Assembly (NCBI GenBank): GCA_016192915.1
Contig: JACPTF010000007.1
Location: 38,623-102,622, forward strand
Source: Candidatus Woesearchaeota archaeon
GTDB lineage: Archaea > Nanobdellota > Nanobdellia > Woesearchaeales > UBA10216
Length of the DNA stretch: 64,000 nt
Direction: 5' to 3'
Positions within the stretch are counted from its first letter, which is position 1, and every line of letters starts with the position of its first letter. The notes under the pieces were generated by a model that was not told the DNA's origin, did not search any database, and was given only the letters and a program-made list of their open reading frames with translations. Positions 24,979 to 34,559 of the stretch are shown one piece after another. A program made the translations under genes and the position numbers.

Positions 24979-25581
24979 ATGGACAGCTTGGAAAGTTCAG
25001 TTCAGAAAGATTGGAGTGAGGGCATGCGCAAGCTTGGAGACAGGACAAAGCGCCTCTTATTCGGAATAGTGCCCGTAAAGGACCCGGCGCTTGCCGCGTT
25101 CCTAACGCCTGAGTTCAGGCAACACTTGGGCAGGGTAGCCGAAATTGCATATGACGAAGGCAAGAAGCTTGTGGAAAATTATGCTGAAAGTTCTTTAGTG
25201 AAGGAACTGCCCAGTGCAAGCTTGGGTTATGGAGTACTGCCGCTAAACATAGTAGGATGCACGATGCAACTTAGTAGATTCATTGAGAAAAGGTATGGCT
25301 ATTCTCTGGAAGCAGAGGTGAGGTTGCAAACCGGGCGGCCTAGATGGAGTGCAATGCCAGGCAAACTGGTTGGAATAATAGCAGCCGAGTGCATTTACAG
25401 GGGAGCAGCGGATGCACTTGAAAGCAGGGGGATGCCTGACTTAGCAAGGTCACTCAAAGAATCTGTGGCACCAGCTGTGGCAGCAGCCAAGCAAAATTAC
25501 TTGGACGGAGGCTCTAGCCTGGCCCTTTTTCTACCACCGAACCTGAATCAGGGTTCCACAAGAGAGGCTGTGAAGGTGTGA
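24979..25581 (+). CDS. hypothetical protein (orphan operon gene 1)
   Basis: ATG at 24979 preceded by GGAGGGGG. Begins MDSLESS. Confidence 0.45.
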   Translation: MDSLESSVQKDWSEGMRKLGDRTKRLLFGIVPVKDPALAAFLTPEFRQHLGRVAEIAYDEGKKLVENYAESSLVKELPSASLGYGVLPLNIVGCTMQLSRFIEKRYGYSLEAEVRLQTGRPRWSAMPGKLVGIIAAECIYRGAADALESRGMPDLARSLKESVAPAVAAAKQNYLDGGSSLALFLPPNLNQGSTREAVKV

Positions 25582-25667
25582 GGTGAGCTGAAATGGTAAG
25601 CGCAGCTAAGGCAGAAACAGGCGAAATGAGAACGATTCATTAAACTTGGGTTGGAGGGGATGGGAAA

Positions 25668-26798
25668 ATGAAAACATCGAAAGGCAACACAGGCAGAGGA
25701 GGCATATTCAAGTGGCTTGGCTCGCTGCGAAGCGGGGAAAGCCAGGGGGGAACTATGGCAATACCAGGACAAAACCAGCAGAAAGAAGCTATACCCACAA
25801 ATCTAATACCCCTGCAGTCAGCCGCCGCCCAAGAAACGACAAACCTGACATACCCCCAAAAGCTGGAAAATGATGTGCTTGAATTTATGACTGGCTTGTT
25901 TGCAGAATACGAAACAGAACTGCAGCGAGACGAAGCCCTAAAAGAAGCTTATGCAACAGCCAATGCTGCAGTAGTCCAGAGCGGGCAAAACGTCACAAAC
26001 CCGCCGCACGCCCGTGCCCTTGCACAGCTGGTTCTGAAGACCTTTGGAGGGCTTGAAGGCATCACGATAACAAACGACTGGCGCTGGGAGTCAGAAAGTT
26101 CTGACAAGGGAAAGAACTATGATAATTTCAAAAGCAGAGCAACGTTCACACTAAAAAGTGCGCCGACAGTGTCAGAGGTCAGGCAATACCTGACTGGCCT
26201 GTTCGGGCCAGAATTCCTTACCAGCAAGTCAGCATCAGATTTCAACACCCTGCCGCTGGAAGAAAGGATATCTCTCAAAAACATAAAAGTGCTGCTGCCA
26301 AACCTGCCTGCCAATGCATCTCATTATGTGGCTAATTTAGCTTACTCAGTGCAAGGAAGCGAACCCTTCAATTCACCCTACTTTATCATTATGGGAATGA
26401 ATCCAGACGCACGGCTGCTGGCTGCCAGAGCCATGTTAGTCACATACGCGAAAGGTGGTATAATGCCGCATGAAATACTTAAAACGCACATGGAAGAAGT
26501 TGTTGCTGCAGATAAAGATAATCAGATAAAAGAGCCACACGTTTGGCAGATAGCAGACCTTGATGCTGCCAACTTCGCAATCCCGGATGATGTTATGAAT
26601 GCGGAGGCAAAAAGGCTTGGCATAAACAAAGCAAGCGTTGAGGAGTGCAAAAGCGCTTACTCCGCGGCATGGGAACATTTTCGTAGGAACCTCGACAACA
26701 GACGCTCGATGAAGCAGTGGTATAAAAAGCCTGAAACTCCGAAGTCTCAACCTCAAACTCCGCCTTCAGGCGCTCAAGCCCCTGCAATAGTCGGGTGA
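25668..26798 (+). CDS. hypothetical protein (orphan operon gene 2)
   Basis: 376 aa, preceded by the same GGAGGGGATGGGAAAATG initiation region as gene 1. Confidence 0.45.
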   Translation: MKTSKGNTGRGGIFKWLGSLRSGESQGGTMAIPGQNQQKEAIPTNLIPLQSAAAQETTNLTYPQKLENDVLEFMTGLFAEYETELQRDEALKEAYATANAAVVQSGQNVTNPPHARALAQLVLKTFGGLEGITITNDWRWESESSDKGKNYDNFKSRATFTLKSAPTVSEVRQYLTGLFGPEFLTSKSASDFNTLPLEERISLKNIKVLLPNLPANASHYVANLAYSVQGSEPFNSPYFIIMGMNPDARLLAARAMLVTYAKGGIMPHEILKTHMEEVVAADKDNQIKEPHVWQIADLDAANFAIPDDVMNAEAKRLGINKASVEECKSAYSAAWEHFRRNLDNRRSMKQWYKKPETPKSQPQTPPSGAQAPAIVG

Positions 26799-26804
26799 TG
26801 AAAA

Positions 26805-27074
26805 ATGGACAGCTTGGAAGCAAAATTTGGAAGAGAAGCAGCTGGTATAGAGTTACTAGCTCGTATGGCGGTAGGAACAGGCCTGACAATTTCTATGCCT
26901 TTTGTTATGGCATACGGCAAGTTGGCGATGGAATACGGTCCTCAAACTGGTCATTCAGACATGGCAGTGGCTGGAGCCTTAGTCTTAGGGGCGGCAGTTG
27001 CAGGTCTTGCCGGTAGCGCCTCTCTGGTGATAAGCTCCGGTGCTAGGTATTTCGGGTTAAGCCGGGACAAATAG
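26805..27074 (+). CDS. small two-TM membrane protein (orphan operon gene 3)
   Basis: Begins MDSLEAK. Gly/Ala-rich hydrophobic segments. Confidence 0.45.
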   Translation: MDSLEAKFGREAAGIELLARMAVGTGLTISMPFVMAYGKLAMEYGPQTGHSDMAVAGALVLGAAVAGLAGSASLVISSGARYFGLSRDK

Positions 27075-27125
27075 ACATTTCCTTCACAGATTGAAGTGGT
27101 AAGATGAATGGAAGGGTGAGTTGAA

Positions 27126-27806
27126 ATGAACAAGGAACCGGAAGCCGTGGTGGTGGATTACACTTTTCTGATTCCTACTGAAAGGTTCGGGAACTTCGCC
27201 TTCGGCCTCGTAAGAAACGGCCATGGCTGGGTTGGCGCAAAGGAGGTTACCGAAACTGATGAAAACTTCTACAGGCTCATGGGGCAGAACATGGAGAATT
27301 TGGGGCTCGTTGAGATAGCAAGTAGAGGCGGGCTTATAATTACAGGTCCTGCTGATACCATAAGAGTTGACGGGGCAGTCCGCAGCCTTCCAGAAGTTGT
27401 TGAAGAGCTTTACTTCAACGATATTGAGATACAGCGCGCTGGGAAAGTGATAGATAGAGAAGGCAAGAAGGACATTCCTTCTCTCGGCCGGCCCGGCTTC
27501 ATTTACAGCGGAGTTGTAGCAGTAACCAGTTCAGTGGCGAAGTCAGCAGCAGCCCTACTGACGGGCGATGTCTTGTCAAGCATTGTTTTGGGCGCTGTGG
27601 TCGGGCTAGCAGCGTTTATGCGGGATAAACGGCCAGCGCTGCTGCCTCTGCGTTACGGGTTTGATTTACAAAGGAAGCAAGAGGAGCAGGAAAACCTTGC
27701 AAAAAGCATAAGGCACGGGTTGGTGGATATTGGACTTGATAGAGGCATTATTCCTCTAGAATACTTACTTGATAAGGTGAGGCAAAACAACACGGGACAA
27801 CCTTAG
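27126..27806 (+). CDS. hypothetical protein with central TM region (orphan operon gene 4)
   Basis: 226 aa. GFIYSGVVAVTSSVAKSAAALLTGDVLSSIVLGAVVGLAAFM. Confidence 0.45.
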   Translation: MNKEPEAVVVDYTFLIPTERFGNFAFGLVRNGHGWVGAKEVTETDENFYRLMGQNMENLGLVEIASRGGLIITGPADTIRVDGAVRSLPEVVEELYFNDIEIQRAGKVIDREGKKDIPSLGRPGFIYSGVVAVTSSVAKSAAALLTGDVLSSIVLGAVVGLAAFMRDKRPALLPLRYGFDLQRKQEEQENLAKSIRHGLVDIGLDRGIIPLEYLLDKVRQNNTGQP

Positions 27807-27892
27807 GACAAACCCTGAAAAATACGCGTGAAAAGCATCTAAACTGATTTCTCCCGCCAGCCGCTAACTTTACAGCTCACAAAACCATCACA

Positions 27893-27900
27893 TTTAAATA
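27893..27900 (+). promoter_or_regulatory. TATA box TTTAAATA upstream of the DUF3467-thermosome pair
   Basis: Only TATA-like box seen between 27807 and the thermosome start. Confidence 0.4.
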
Positions 27901-28016
27901 GAACCTGTTGTTTACTTTTTCTGGAAGTTTGGGGTTTTGTTTAGCGGTTTCACGTCTTAGCAGTTGTGGCAGCTGCTGTGATAAAAGTGCGTAAAACATT
28001 GTAAAAGGTGATTGGA

Positions 28017-28367
28017 ATGGAACAGACTGAAGGCCAGCAGATTAACGTTGAGGTGCAGAACGGCACAGAGTTCTTCGCAGACCAGGTGAGCGTGAGCCAC
28101 AACCCACTCAGGTTCGTGATTGACTTCACGAGGACTGCTCCAAGGATAGATGGCAACGCGACGCAGCAGCCCAGGCTGGTAATGAGCCACAACGTGCTGC
28201 TCATGGACCCTTACCTTGCAGTTGAATTCATCAATGTCCTGAAAGACAACATATCAAGGTATGAGAAGCGCTACGGGAAGATAACAAGGCCCGCCCCGCT
28301 GAAGAAGCTTGACGAAGAAGCTAAGAAGATGGGCAAGAAAGAAGCCAGGCAGGAATATTTCGGATAA
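28017..28367 (+). CDS. DUF3467 family protein
   Basis: [23 protein letters not shown]...[41 protein letters not shown] after AAAGGTGA. Confidence 0.6.
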   Translation: MEQTEGQQINVEVQNGTEFFADQVSVSHNPLRFVIDFTRTAPRIDGNATQQPRLVMSHNVLLMDPYLAVEFINVLKDNISRYEKRYGKITRPAPLKKLDEEAKKMGKKEARQEYFG

Positions 28368-28443
28368 TGTGACCTTTTTGCGAAACCACGTCGTGCAAGC
28401 ACGACGGGTCCCATCGCCATAGGCGATGTGGAAAGGTCAATCA
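28368..28443 (+). repeat. nested hairpin element (GTGACC..GGTCAATC stem enclosing a diverged twin hairpin)
   Basis: tgtgaccttt...aaaggtcaatca encloses CCACGTCGtgcaagcaCGACGGGT CCCATCGccataggCGATGTGG (28386-28431). Confidence 0.65.
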
Positions 28444-28472
28444 AAAAACGATAAGTTCGGAGGGAATTGAAA

Positions 28473-30104
28473 ATGACACAGCAGATACAACCAATCTTTA
28501 TTTTGCCTGAGGGCAGCCAGAGGACAACCGGCAGGTCAGCCCAGCGGGCCAACATAATGGCGGCAAAGGCGGTTTCCGAGACAGTCAGGACAACGCTCGG
28601 CCCGAAAGGTATGGACAAGATGCTTGTCGACAACCTTGGAGACATAGTCATAACCAATGATGGAGTAACGATTCTTGAGGAGATGAACATTGAGCATCCT
28701 GCCGCAAAGATGATTGTTGAGGTCGCAAAGACGCAGGAAGACGAAATAGGCGATGGCACGACAACAGCCGTAGTTATAGCAGGAGAATTGCTGAAAAAGG
28801 CCGAGGACCTGCTTGACCAGGACGTGCACCCAACAGTCGTTGTCAAGGGCTACAGGCTGGCCGCAGAAAAGGCGCTTGAGATTCTCAACAAAATTGCCGA
28901 GCCAATCACTGAAAAGGACGCTGCAATGCTTGAGATGATTGCCATGACAGCGATGACAGGCAAGGGCGCTGAGAAGGCAAAAGAGCAGCTCTCAAAGCTG
29001 GCTGTGAAGGCAGTCAGGGACGTTGCAGACCTGAAGGATGGCAAGCTCTCTGTAAACAAGGACAACATAAAGATAGAAAAAAAGGTTGGAGGGGCGGTTG
29101 ATGACTCTGAGCTTGTCGAGGGCATAATCCTCGACAAGGAAAAGGTTCACCCCGGAATGGCGGACGTTGTCAAGAATGCCAGGGTTGCACTGATAGACGT
29201 TGCTGTTGAGGTCAAGAGCACAGAGACCGAAGCGAAGATACAGCTTACGGACCCGAACCAGCTGCAGGGCTTCATCGACATGGAAGAGAAAATCCTCAGG
29301 GACAAGGTTGAGAAGATAGCAAAATCAGGAGCCAATGTGGTGTTCTGCCAGAAAGGCATTGACGACCTTGCCCAGCACTTCATGGCAAAGAAAGGCATGT
29401 ACGCTGCCAGAAGGGTGAGCAAGAGCGACATGGAAAAGCTTGCAAGGGCAACAGGAGCCAAGATAGTCACCAGCCTTGAAGACCTGTCTGCTTCCGACCT
29501 TGGAACAGCAGGCGTTGTTGAGGCAAAGAAAGTGGGAGACGAAGACATGACCTTTGTCAAGGAATGCAAGAACGCCAAAGCGGTTACGCTCCTGATAAGG
29601 GGAGGGACAGCGCACGTTGTTGACGAGGTCAAAAGGGCCGTTGAGGACGCAATTGGCGACGTTGCAAGCGCACTGGCAAGCGGAAAAGTCGTTGCCGGAG
29701 CAGGCGCAACCGAAATAGAGCTCACACTGCAGCTCAGAAGGTATGCAGAATCGCTCTCAGGCAGGGAGCAGCTGGCAGTGAAGGCCTTCGCTGAAGCAGT
29801 TGAAATCATACCGAAAACGCTCGCTGAGAACTCAGGGCTTGACCCCATAGACGTCCTTACAGAGCTGAAAAGCCAGCATGACAAGGGCAGGAAGTGGGCA
29901 GGCATTGACGTCTTCACAGGCAAGATAATGGATGCCTGGAAGGAAGGCGTGCTTGAGCCATTAAAGGTCAAAACACAGGCAATAAGCTCGGCAAGCGAGG
30001 TAGCAGGCATGATACTAAGGATAGATGATGTCATTGCCTCAGGTAAGTCTGAGTCCAAGGGCATGCCTGGCGGCACGCCCCCAGGAATGGGCGGCGACTA
30101 CTAG
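28473..30104 (+). CDS. ths: thermosome subunit (group II chaperonin)
   Basis: [43 protein letters not shown], and a GGM-like C-terminal tail ([14 protein letters not shown]). Confidence 0.95.
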   Translation: MTQQIQPIFILPEGSQRTTGRSAQRANIMAAKAVSETVRTTLGPKGMDKMLVDNLGDIVITNDGVTILEEMNIEHPAAKMIVEVAKTQEDEIGDGTTTAVVIAGELLKKAEDLLDQDVHPTVVVKGYRLAAEKALEILNKIAEPITEKDAAMLEMIAMTAMTGKGAEKAKEQLSKLAVKAVRDVADLKDGKLSVNKDNIKIEKKVGGAVDDSELVEGIILDKEKVHPGMADVVKNARVALIDVAVEVKSTETEAKIQLTDPNQLQGFIDMEEKILRDKVEKIAKSGANVVFCQKGIDDLAQHFMAKKGMYAARRVSKSDMEKLARATGAKIVTSLEDLSASDLGTAGVVEAKKVGDEDMTFVKECKNAKAVTLLIRGGTAHVVDEVKRAVEDAIGDVASALASGKVVAGAGATEIELTLQLRRYAESLSGREQLAVKAFAEAVEIIPKTLAENSGLDPIDVLTELKSQHDKGRKWAGIDVFTGKIMDAWKEGVLEPLKVKTQAISSASEVAGMILRIDDVIASGKSESKGMPGGTPPGMGGDY

Positions 30105-30562
30105 TTCGCTTAACCAACTTTACCTGCATTTAAGTTCGCATAAATAACTATCAAGTATACATTAACGTATACTGATAGCTTTATTTAGCTATTTTCAAGT
30201 GTCGTTATTAACTTTTTCTTAATGGTTTGGACCTATAATTAACAAAGTTTAAATAATAGAACCACTTACTACTCTCATCGGGGAGTTAAATTAGGGTAGT
30301 TAACTTTCACCGCATAAGTTTACAAAAATAGGTAAAAAACATTAATTTCGATGTTATCACAAATATCACATCATCACGTTCCTGCCTCCTGGGCGTAGGC
30401 GTTTTGCACACCTCTTTTTCGCTTACGCCTTGGGGCTGGAAATTCTAACGGTTTGTTTTATTCGTTTAATTCTTCTGTTTACTGCCGCAAATTAAAAAAG
30501 TTTAAAAACACAGCAGCCAAATAACGATTTAATTAGCGAATTCAGTGAAAAGAGTGTGCTAA

Positions 30563-31045
30563 ATGAGTGTTGAACATATTGTAGGGCCTTCGGAGCGCAA
30601 AATCCACAACGGTTCTGAAAAGGAAGCGCTCCGTGAGAGCGTTGAAGAGCTGATAGTTGCTGTCAGGACACTTGTCAGCGTGTTTGAGAAGGCAAAGGAC
30701 GAGATAAAGGCCGAGCCCACCAGCCACGTGCTCATGAAGCTTGATGAGCTGACAATCTACAACAAGCAGCTTATCGAGCAGAACCGCGAGGTTATGGAGC
30801 AGACAGGCAAAGTTCTCCAGCAAAACAAGGATATAGCTCATTCGCTGCTTATGCTGCTTGACCTCCACAGGGAGCACCTTCCAGAGATAGCGAAGCACAC
30901 AAGGATGTCAGCAGAGGTAAGGCGAGTTCCTTTTTCAGGATTCCCTGGGCCGCTTACGGGCAGGACAAGGCCTTCCAGGCTGCCAAGGCTTGCGCCAGAC
31001 AGCGATGAAGGGCGACAGCGTCCGGAAAGCCTGCTTCATCCATAA
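30563..31045 (+). CDS. hypothetical protein (C-terminal third low-complexity, doubtful)
   Basis: 160 aa ORF. The first ~115 aa look helical. The tail is Pro/Arg-rich. Confidence 0.3.
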   Translation: MSVEHIVGPSERKIHNGSEKEALRESVEELIVAVRTLVSVFEKAKDEIKAEPTSHVLMKLDELTIYNKQLIEQNREVMEQTGKVLQQNKDIAHSLLMLLDLHREHLPEIAKHTRMSAEVRRVPFSGFPGPLTGRTRPSRLPRLAPDSDEGRQRPESLLHP

Positions 31046-31270
31046 ATTGGTGAAAGACGATGTTCTCAAGCCCGATGAGCCACTACTTCAGGCACATACT
31101 TTTGGCGTACAAGAATGAAGGCAAAAGCCTTCAGCAGCGGCTGGTTGTCGCTAATAAGCTAAGTTCTCTTGAAACAAGCCTGCTGCGGCTGCAGGGAACA
31201 AACCCGAATCATCCGAAGCTGCAGAAGCTGCTTGGCAGAATCAGGGGAATGAAGGCAAGCCTTTATTGAC

Positions 31271-31462
31271 TCAGATATCCTTTCCCATCAGTGTTTTCCG
31301 GCCGTTGGCCCTTGCCCTTTCAATAGCATCATCAACCATCTTTTTGACCTTTGCTTCAACAGCAGGCAGGAAGTCGTCTGCAACGCTGTTCACCTGCGAG
31401 CCCTTCGACTCGTTCACCTTTTTTACTAGTGCAACAATGTTTGTCTTTACAACGAGCCCCAT
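31271..31462 (-). CDS. small histone-fold-like protein (DUF1931-like)
   Basis: Internal ATG gives MGLVVKTNIVALVKK...VSADDFLPAVEAKVKKMVDDAIERARANGRKTLMGKDI. Starts 17 nt after the gltX stop. Confidence 0.5.
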   Translation of the reverse strand: MGLVVKTNIVALVKKVNESKGSQVNSVADDFLPAVEAKVKKMVDDAIERARANGRKTLMGKDI

Positions 31463-31478
31463 TTTTTCACACCCAATT

Positions 31479-33188
31479 TCAATTATGGCAGTAAATGAAT
31501 GACAACTCCTTTGCATTCTTTTTCTCAAGCCTGCAAAAGCCGAACCTCGCAAACTGAACGATATCCCCTTCCTTAATGTCAGCAGATGCAGCTTCAGCAA
31601 CGCCCTTGCTTACCTTTGCGTCAGGCATGAGCACGTTAACCTTCACAAGTTGTTTGTCATCGGAAGGGAGCCAGTGTATAATTTTGCTGCCGCCCATCCT
31701 GTACTTCTCATATTCAAGCGAGTCAAATGAAAAGCCGCCATTGGATTTCTTGAAGTTTAGGCAGTCCATCATCCTTACAAGACTGCCAGCCTTAAGCTTT
31801 GCTATCTCGCCAAAGTCCTTTTCTGCAATGTAGAACTTCTCCTTCACAGAAAAACGCCTGCTTTTGCTGTCTTCCTTATCAGGGTGGAGCTTAAGCCCCA
31901 TTTTCATGTCCGGTGCGTCCTTAACAGTAATTTCCCTGGGGTTCTCAACGTAAAAGTAGCGGTTGCATTTAGGGTCAAGTATCCTCCTGTTAATGGCGCC
32001 AATCAGCTGCCAGTCAAAGTTCGTTTCTGTCGGAGAAAGCCCAACCTCAATGGCAAGCTCCCAAAAAGTCTCAGTCTGTATGCCCCTCCTTCGCAGAGCT
32101 TTTATAGTGACAAGCCTTGGATCATCCCAGCTCTTAATAGAGCCATCATCCATCATGTGCCTTATCTCTCTTCCCTGGGTTATTGAGCCCTTCACATTAA
32201 ACCTGCCGTACTGGATTACGGTCTGCTTGGGAAGCTTCAAAAGTGCCTTAAGCGTGTCCTGAAGTTCGGTCCTCATGGTGCCAAACTCGTTGCTGCGCAT
32301 TATGTGGGTTATGCCCATTGCCCCATCCTCAACAGAATTCGCAAAATCATACAAGGGCCAGACGCAATATTTCTTGCCCTGCAGGTAATGCTCTGTGTAT
32401 GTTATCCTGAAAAGCACGGGGTCTCTCATAACATGGTTTGGTGATTCCATGCTGCCCTTAAGCCTCAAAACTGCTGCCCCTGCCGTATACTTCTTGTTAA
32501 GCATGTTCTTCCACTCGTCAAGGTTGTGCTTTGAGTCATTCTGCCTGCAGCTGCAGCCAAAGCCTTCATGGCGAAGCTCCCGCATCTTTTCCTGGCTGCA
32601 GAAGCAAACAAATGCGCCGCCCTGCTTAATCAGCTTTTCTGCAAACTCGTAAAGCATAGGAATGTCATTGCTGATGTGTGCAACCTTAGTGGGCTTGATT
32701 CCCAAATACTCCATGTCATCCAGCATGGCATCTGCATACTCTTTCTTGGCAAGCTCAGGGTTGGTGTCCTCAAACCTCACAAAGCACTTACCGCCATATT
32801 TCTTGGTGTACATGTAGTTAATTAGGAAGCTCAGCGCATGCCCTATGTGGGCGTACTTTGAAGGCTCAGGCGGAAGCCTCGTGACAACATTGCCCTTGGA
32901 AGCGTTTTTCAGCTCTGGCAGGTCCTTCTTCTCAGCCTTTTTCTTTTCCAAGAACTCAGGAGCAATCTTGCCAAGCTCCTCAACCTGCTTTTCAACATCA
33001 AGCCGATTAACGGATTTAAGCACAACACTGACAGCAGCCGCTATTCCCTTTATCTCCGGCTTCAGGGAAGGGTTCTCAGCGAGGATTTTCCCAATAACAG
33101 CACCGGCGTTTGCCTTGCCACCATACTGGGCAGCATTCTGCAAGGCATACTTCCTCACAGTCGTTTCAAAATCCTTCGGCAGCGCCAT
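31479..33188 (-). CDS. gltX: glutamyl-tRNA synthetase (archaeal/eukaryal type)
   Basis: 569 aa. Class I HIGH-like PSKYAHIGHALSF, FEDTNP. Typical archaeal GluRS length and C-terminal beta-barrel domain. Confidence 0.9.
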   Translation of the reverse strand: MALPKDFETTVRKYALQNAAQYGGKANAGAVIGKILAENPSLKPEIKGIAAAVSVVLKSVNRLDVEKQVEELGKIAPEFLEKKKAEKKDLPELKNASKGNVVTRLPPEPSKYAHIGHALSFLINYMYTKKYGGKCFVRFEDTNPELAKKEYADAMLDDMEYLGIKPTKVAHISNDIPMLYEFAEKLIKQGGAFVCFCSQEKMRELRHEGFGCSCRQNDSKHNLDEWKNMLNKKYTAGAAVLRLKGSMESPNHVMRDPVLFRITYTEHYLQGKKYCVWPLYDFANSVEDGAMGITHIMRSNEFGTMRTELQDTLKALLKLPKQTVIQYGRFNVKGSITQGREIRHMMDDGSIKSWDDPRLVTIKALRRRGIQTETFWELAIEVGLSPTETNFDWQLIGAINRRILDPKCNRYFYVENPREITVKDAPDMKMGLKLHPDKEDSKSRRFSVKEKFYIAEKDFGEIAKLKAGSLVRMMDCLNFKKSNGGFSFDSLEYEKYRMGGSKIIHWLPSDDKQLVKVNVLMPDAKVSKGVAEAASADIKEGDIVQFARFGFCRLEKKNAKELSFIYCHN

Positions 33189-33289
33189 GCCGTAAAGGTT
33201 TCCTGGGAGCGTATTTAAAGTTTACCACAGCCGCTGTTTTGTAAGAAGCATTATTAAGCTACAAGAGCTGGCTTAAGTTTGAAGAGCGT

Positions 33290-34099
33290 ATGAAACTTAT
33301 AATCGTTGCAATTTTTGTCTTAAGCATTATTTCAGTTAGTGGCTGTACTCGAGAAATCCAATCAACTGGTGGCTTGCGCGTTTTGACAGAAACGAAAGAA
33401 GATATAACTCCTCCCTCTTTCACAGAAGTTCCAAATGTAACTAACGTTGAAGCAGATAAACTATCTTTTGAAACCGTTTCCAAAGGATTCTCGAGTTGGC
33501 ATGAGGAAAGAGCTGCTTATTTGATAACTAACAGCAGTGATTGGGAGAGCTTAATTCGTTCAACTAAGATAGCGATACCTGATTTTCCCAAGATTAATTT
33601 TGGAGAAGAGATGGTTATACCTAAGATTGATTTTAAAGAAGAAATGGTTATTGCTGTGTTTCAGGGGACTTTTGGGTCTGGGCACGGCATTGAAATTACA
33701 CGAATAGTAGAAAAAGAAAATCTTTTAGAGATTTTCGTAAGAGAGAACAATGAATCAAATGTAATGCCTGTAGAAACACGACCGTATCACGTTATCAAAA
33801 CTGCAAAGTCTTGGAAGAAAGTAATATTCCCAGAAGGAAACTTTGAAATTGTGAAGAGTGGCTATAGCGCACCAATCCGCATATTGAGAGTGGGCGAAAC
33901 AAAAACTTTTATGATACAAACGAAGGATTACGAGGTAACTATCACTAAAGCAAGCGGAATGCCCCTTAAAGCCGAGTTTACGCTCAATGGTGAGGTATTC
34001 GAGTTGGAGAAAGGACAAGCCTATGAAGCCCATGGCGGACTTAGAGTAAAGGTTCATAATATGACTGAGGAATTTGTAGAGTTTGAATTGCTACCATAA
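33290..34099 (+). CDS. lipoprotein with PrcB-like domain
   Basis: VLSIISVSGC lipobox. VIAVFQGTFGSGHGIEITRIVEKENLLEIFV resembles the PrcB C-terminal domain. Low-GC gene. Confidence 0.45.
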   Translation: MKLIIVAIFVLSIISVSGCTREIQSTGGLRVLTETKEDITPPSFTEVPNVTNVEADKLSFETVSKGFSSWHEERAAYLITNSSDWESLIRSTKIAIPDFPKINFGEEMVIPKIDFKEEMVIAVFQGTFGSGHGIEITRIVEKENLLEIFVRENNESNVMPVETRPYHVIKTAKSWKKVIFPEGNFEIVKSGYSAPIRILRVGETKTFMIQTKDYEVTITKASGMPLKAEFTLNGEVFELEKGQAYEAHGGLRVKVHNMTEEFVEFELLP

Positions 34100-34412
34100 G
34101 CCGCTTTACCAGACTCAGAAAAAAAAGAAGAAAAGCCGGGTTCCGAAACCGGCAAACGCGCTTGCTTCAGCAAGCAACCCACAAGTCTTATTTCAAGAAT
34201 AAACTGTTCATCTTAATATACCTTTCGGTTTTGTCTGGCTATTTTGAAAACCTTGTTTGAAAATTTTTCAATTAAGCCGCAAGTTATTCAAAAAATCACT
34301 GTTTTTCCGTATGATTTACGGCAATGACCGGAACCTTTCTTCACTCAGTGAATAATTTTCAAGAAATCTGGACATAGCTTCATTAAGATGTAAAAACGTT
34401 ATTAAACTTGCC

Positions 34413-34497
34413 GCCGCGGTGGCGAAACCAGGTAGCCGCGCCCGCCTCTCAAGCGGGTGACCCACAAGTCATACGGGTTCAACTCCCGTCCGCGGCG
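34413..34497 (+). tRNA. class-II (Ser-like) tRNA with anticodon CUC
   Basis: GCCGCGG-TG-GCG-(12)-CGC-G-CCCGC-CTCTCAA-GCGGG-TGACCCACAAGTCAT-ACGGG-TTCAACT-CCCGT-CCGCGGC-G. The acceptor stem and G73 are identical to tRNA-Ser(UGA). Confidence 0.6.
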
Positions 34498-34559
34498 TGC
34501 ATTCTTCAAATGTGGCAACAAACTATTTAAACCACCATTTTGTCCCATGACACCGGACC

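Noticed and set aside
28271-30076. Long antisense ORFs inside the thermosome gene (28271..28846, 28850..29137, 29147..30076 minus)
   Set aside because: They are shadow frames of a strongly supported, highly conserved plus-strand gene. Their translations are Ser/Ala/Thr-rich low-complexity sequence with no motifs.
30105-30562. 458-nt gene-free region after the thermosome gene as a replication origin or large ncRNA
   Set aside because: I see only an AGTATAC-type inverted repeat, ATCAC repeats and one 10-bp hairpin (GGCGTAGGCG/CGCTTACGCC). There are no ORB-like repeats, no adjacent cdc6/orc1 gene and no recognisable RNA family.
31060-31269. 69-aa ORF after 30563..31045, and the plus-strand ORF 31266..31502
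   Set aside because: They are short, with no motifs or recognisable start context. 31266..31502 is antisense to the DUF1931-like gene, which has a clear family signature.
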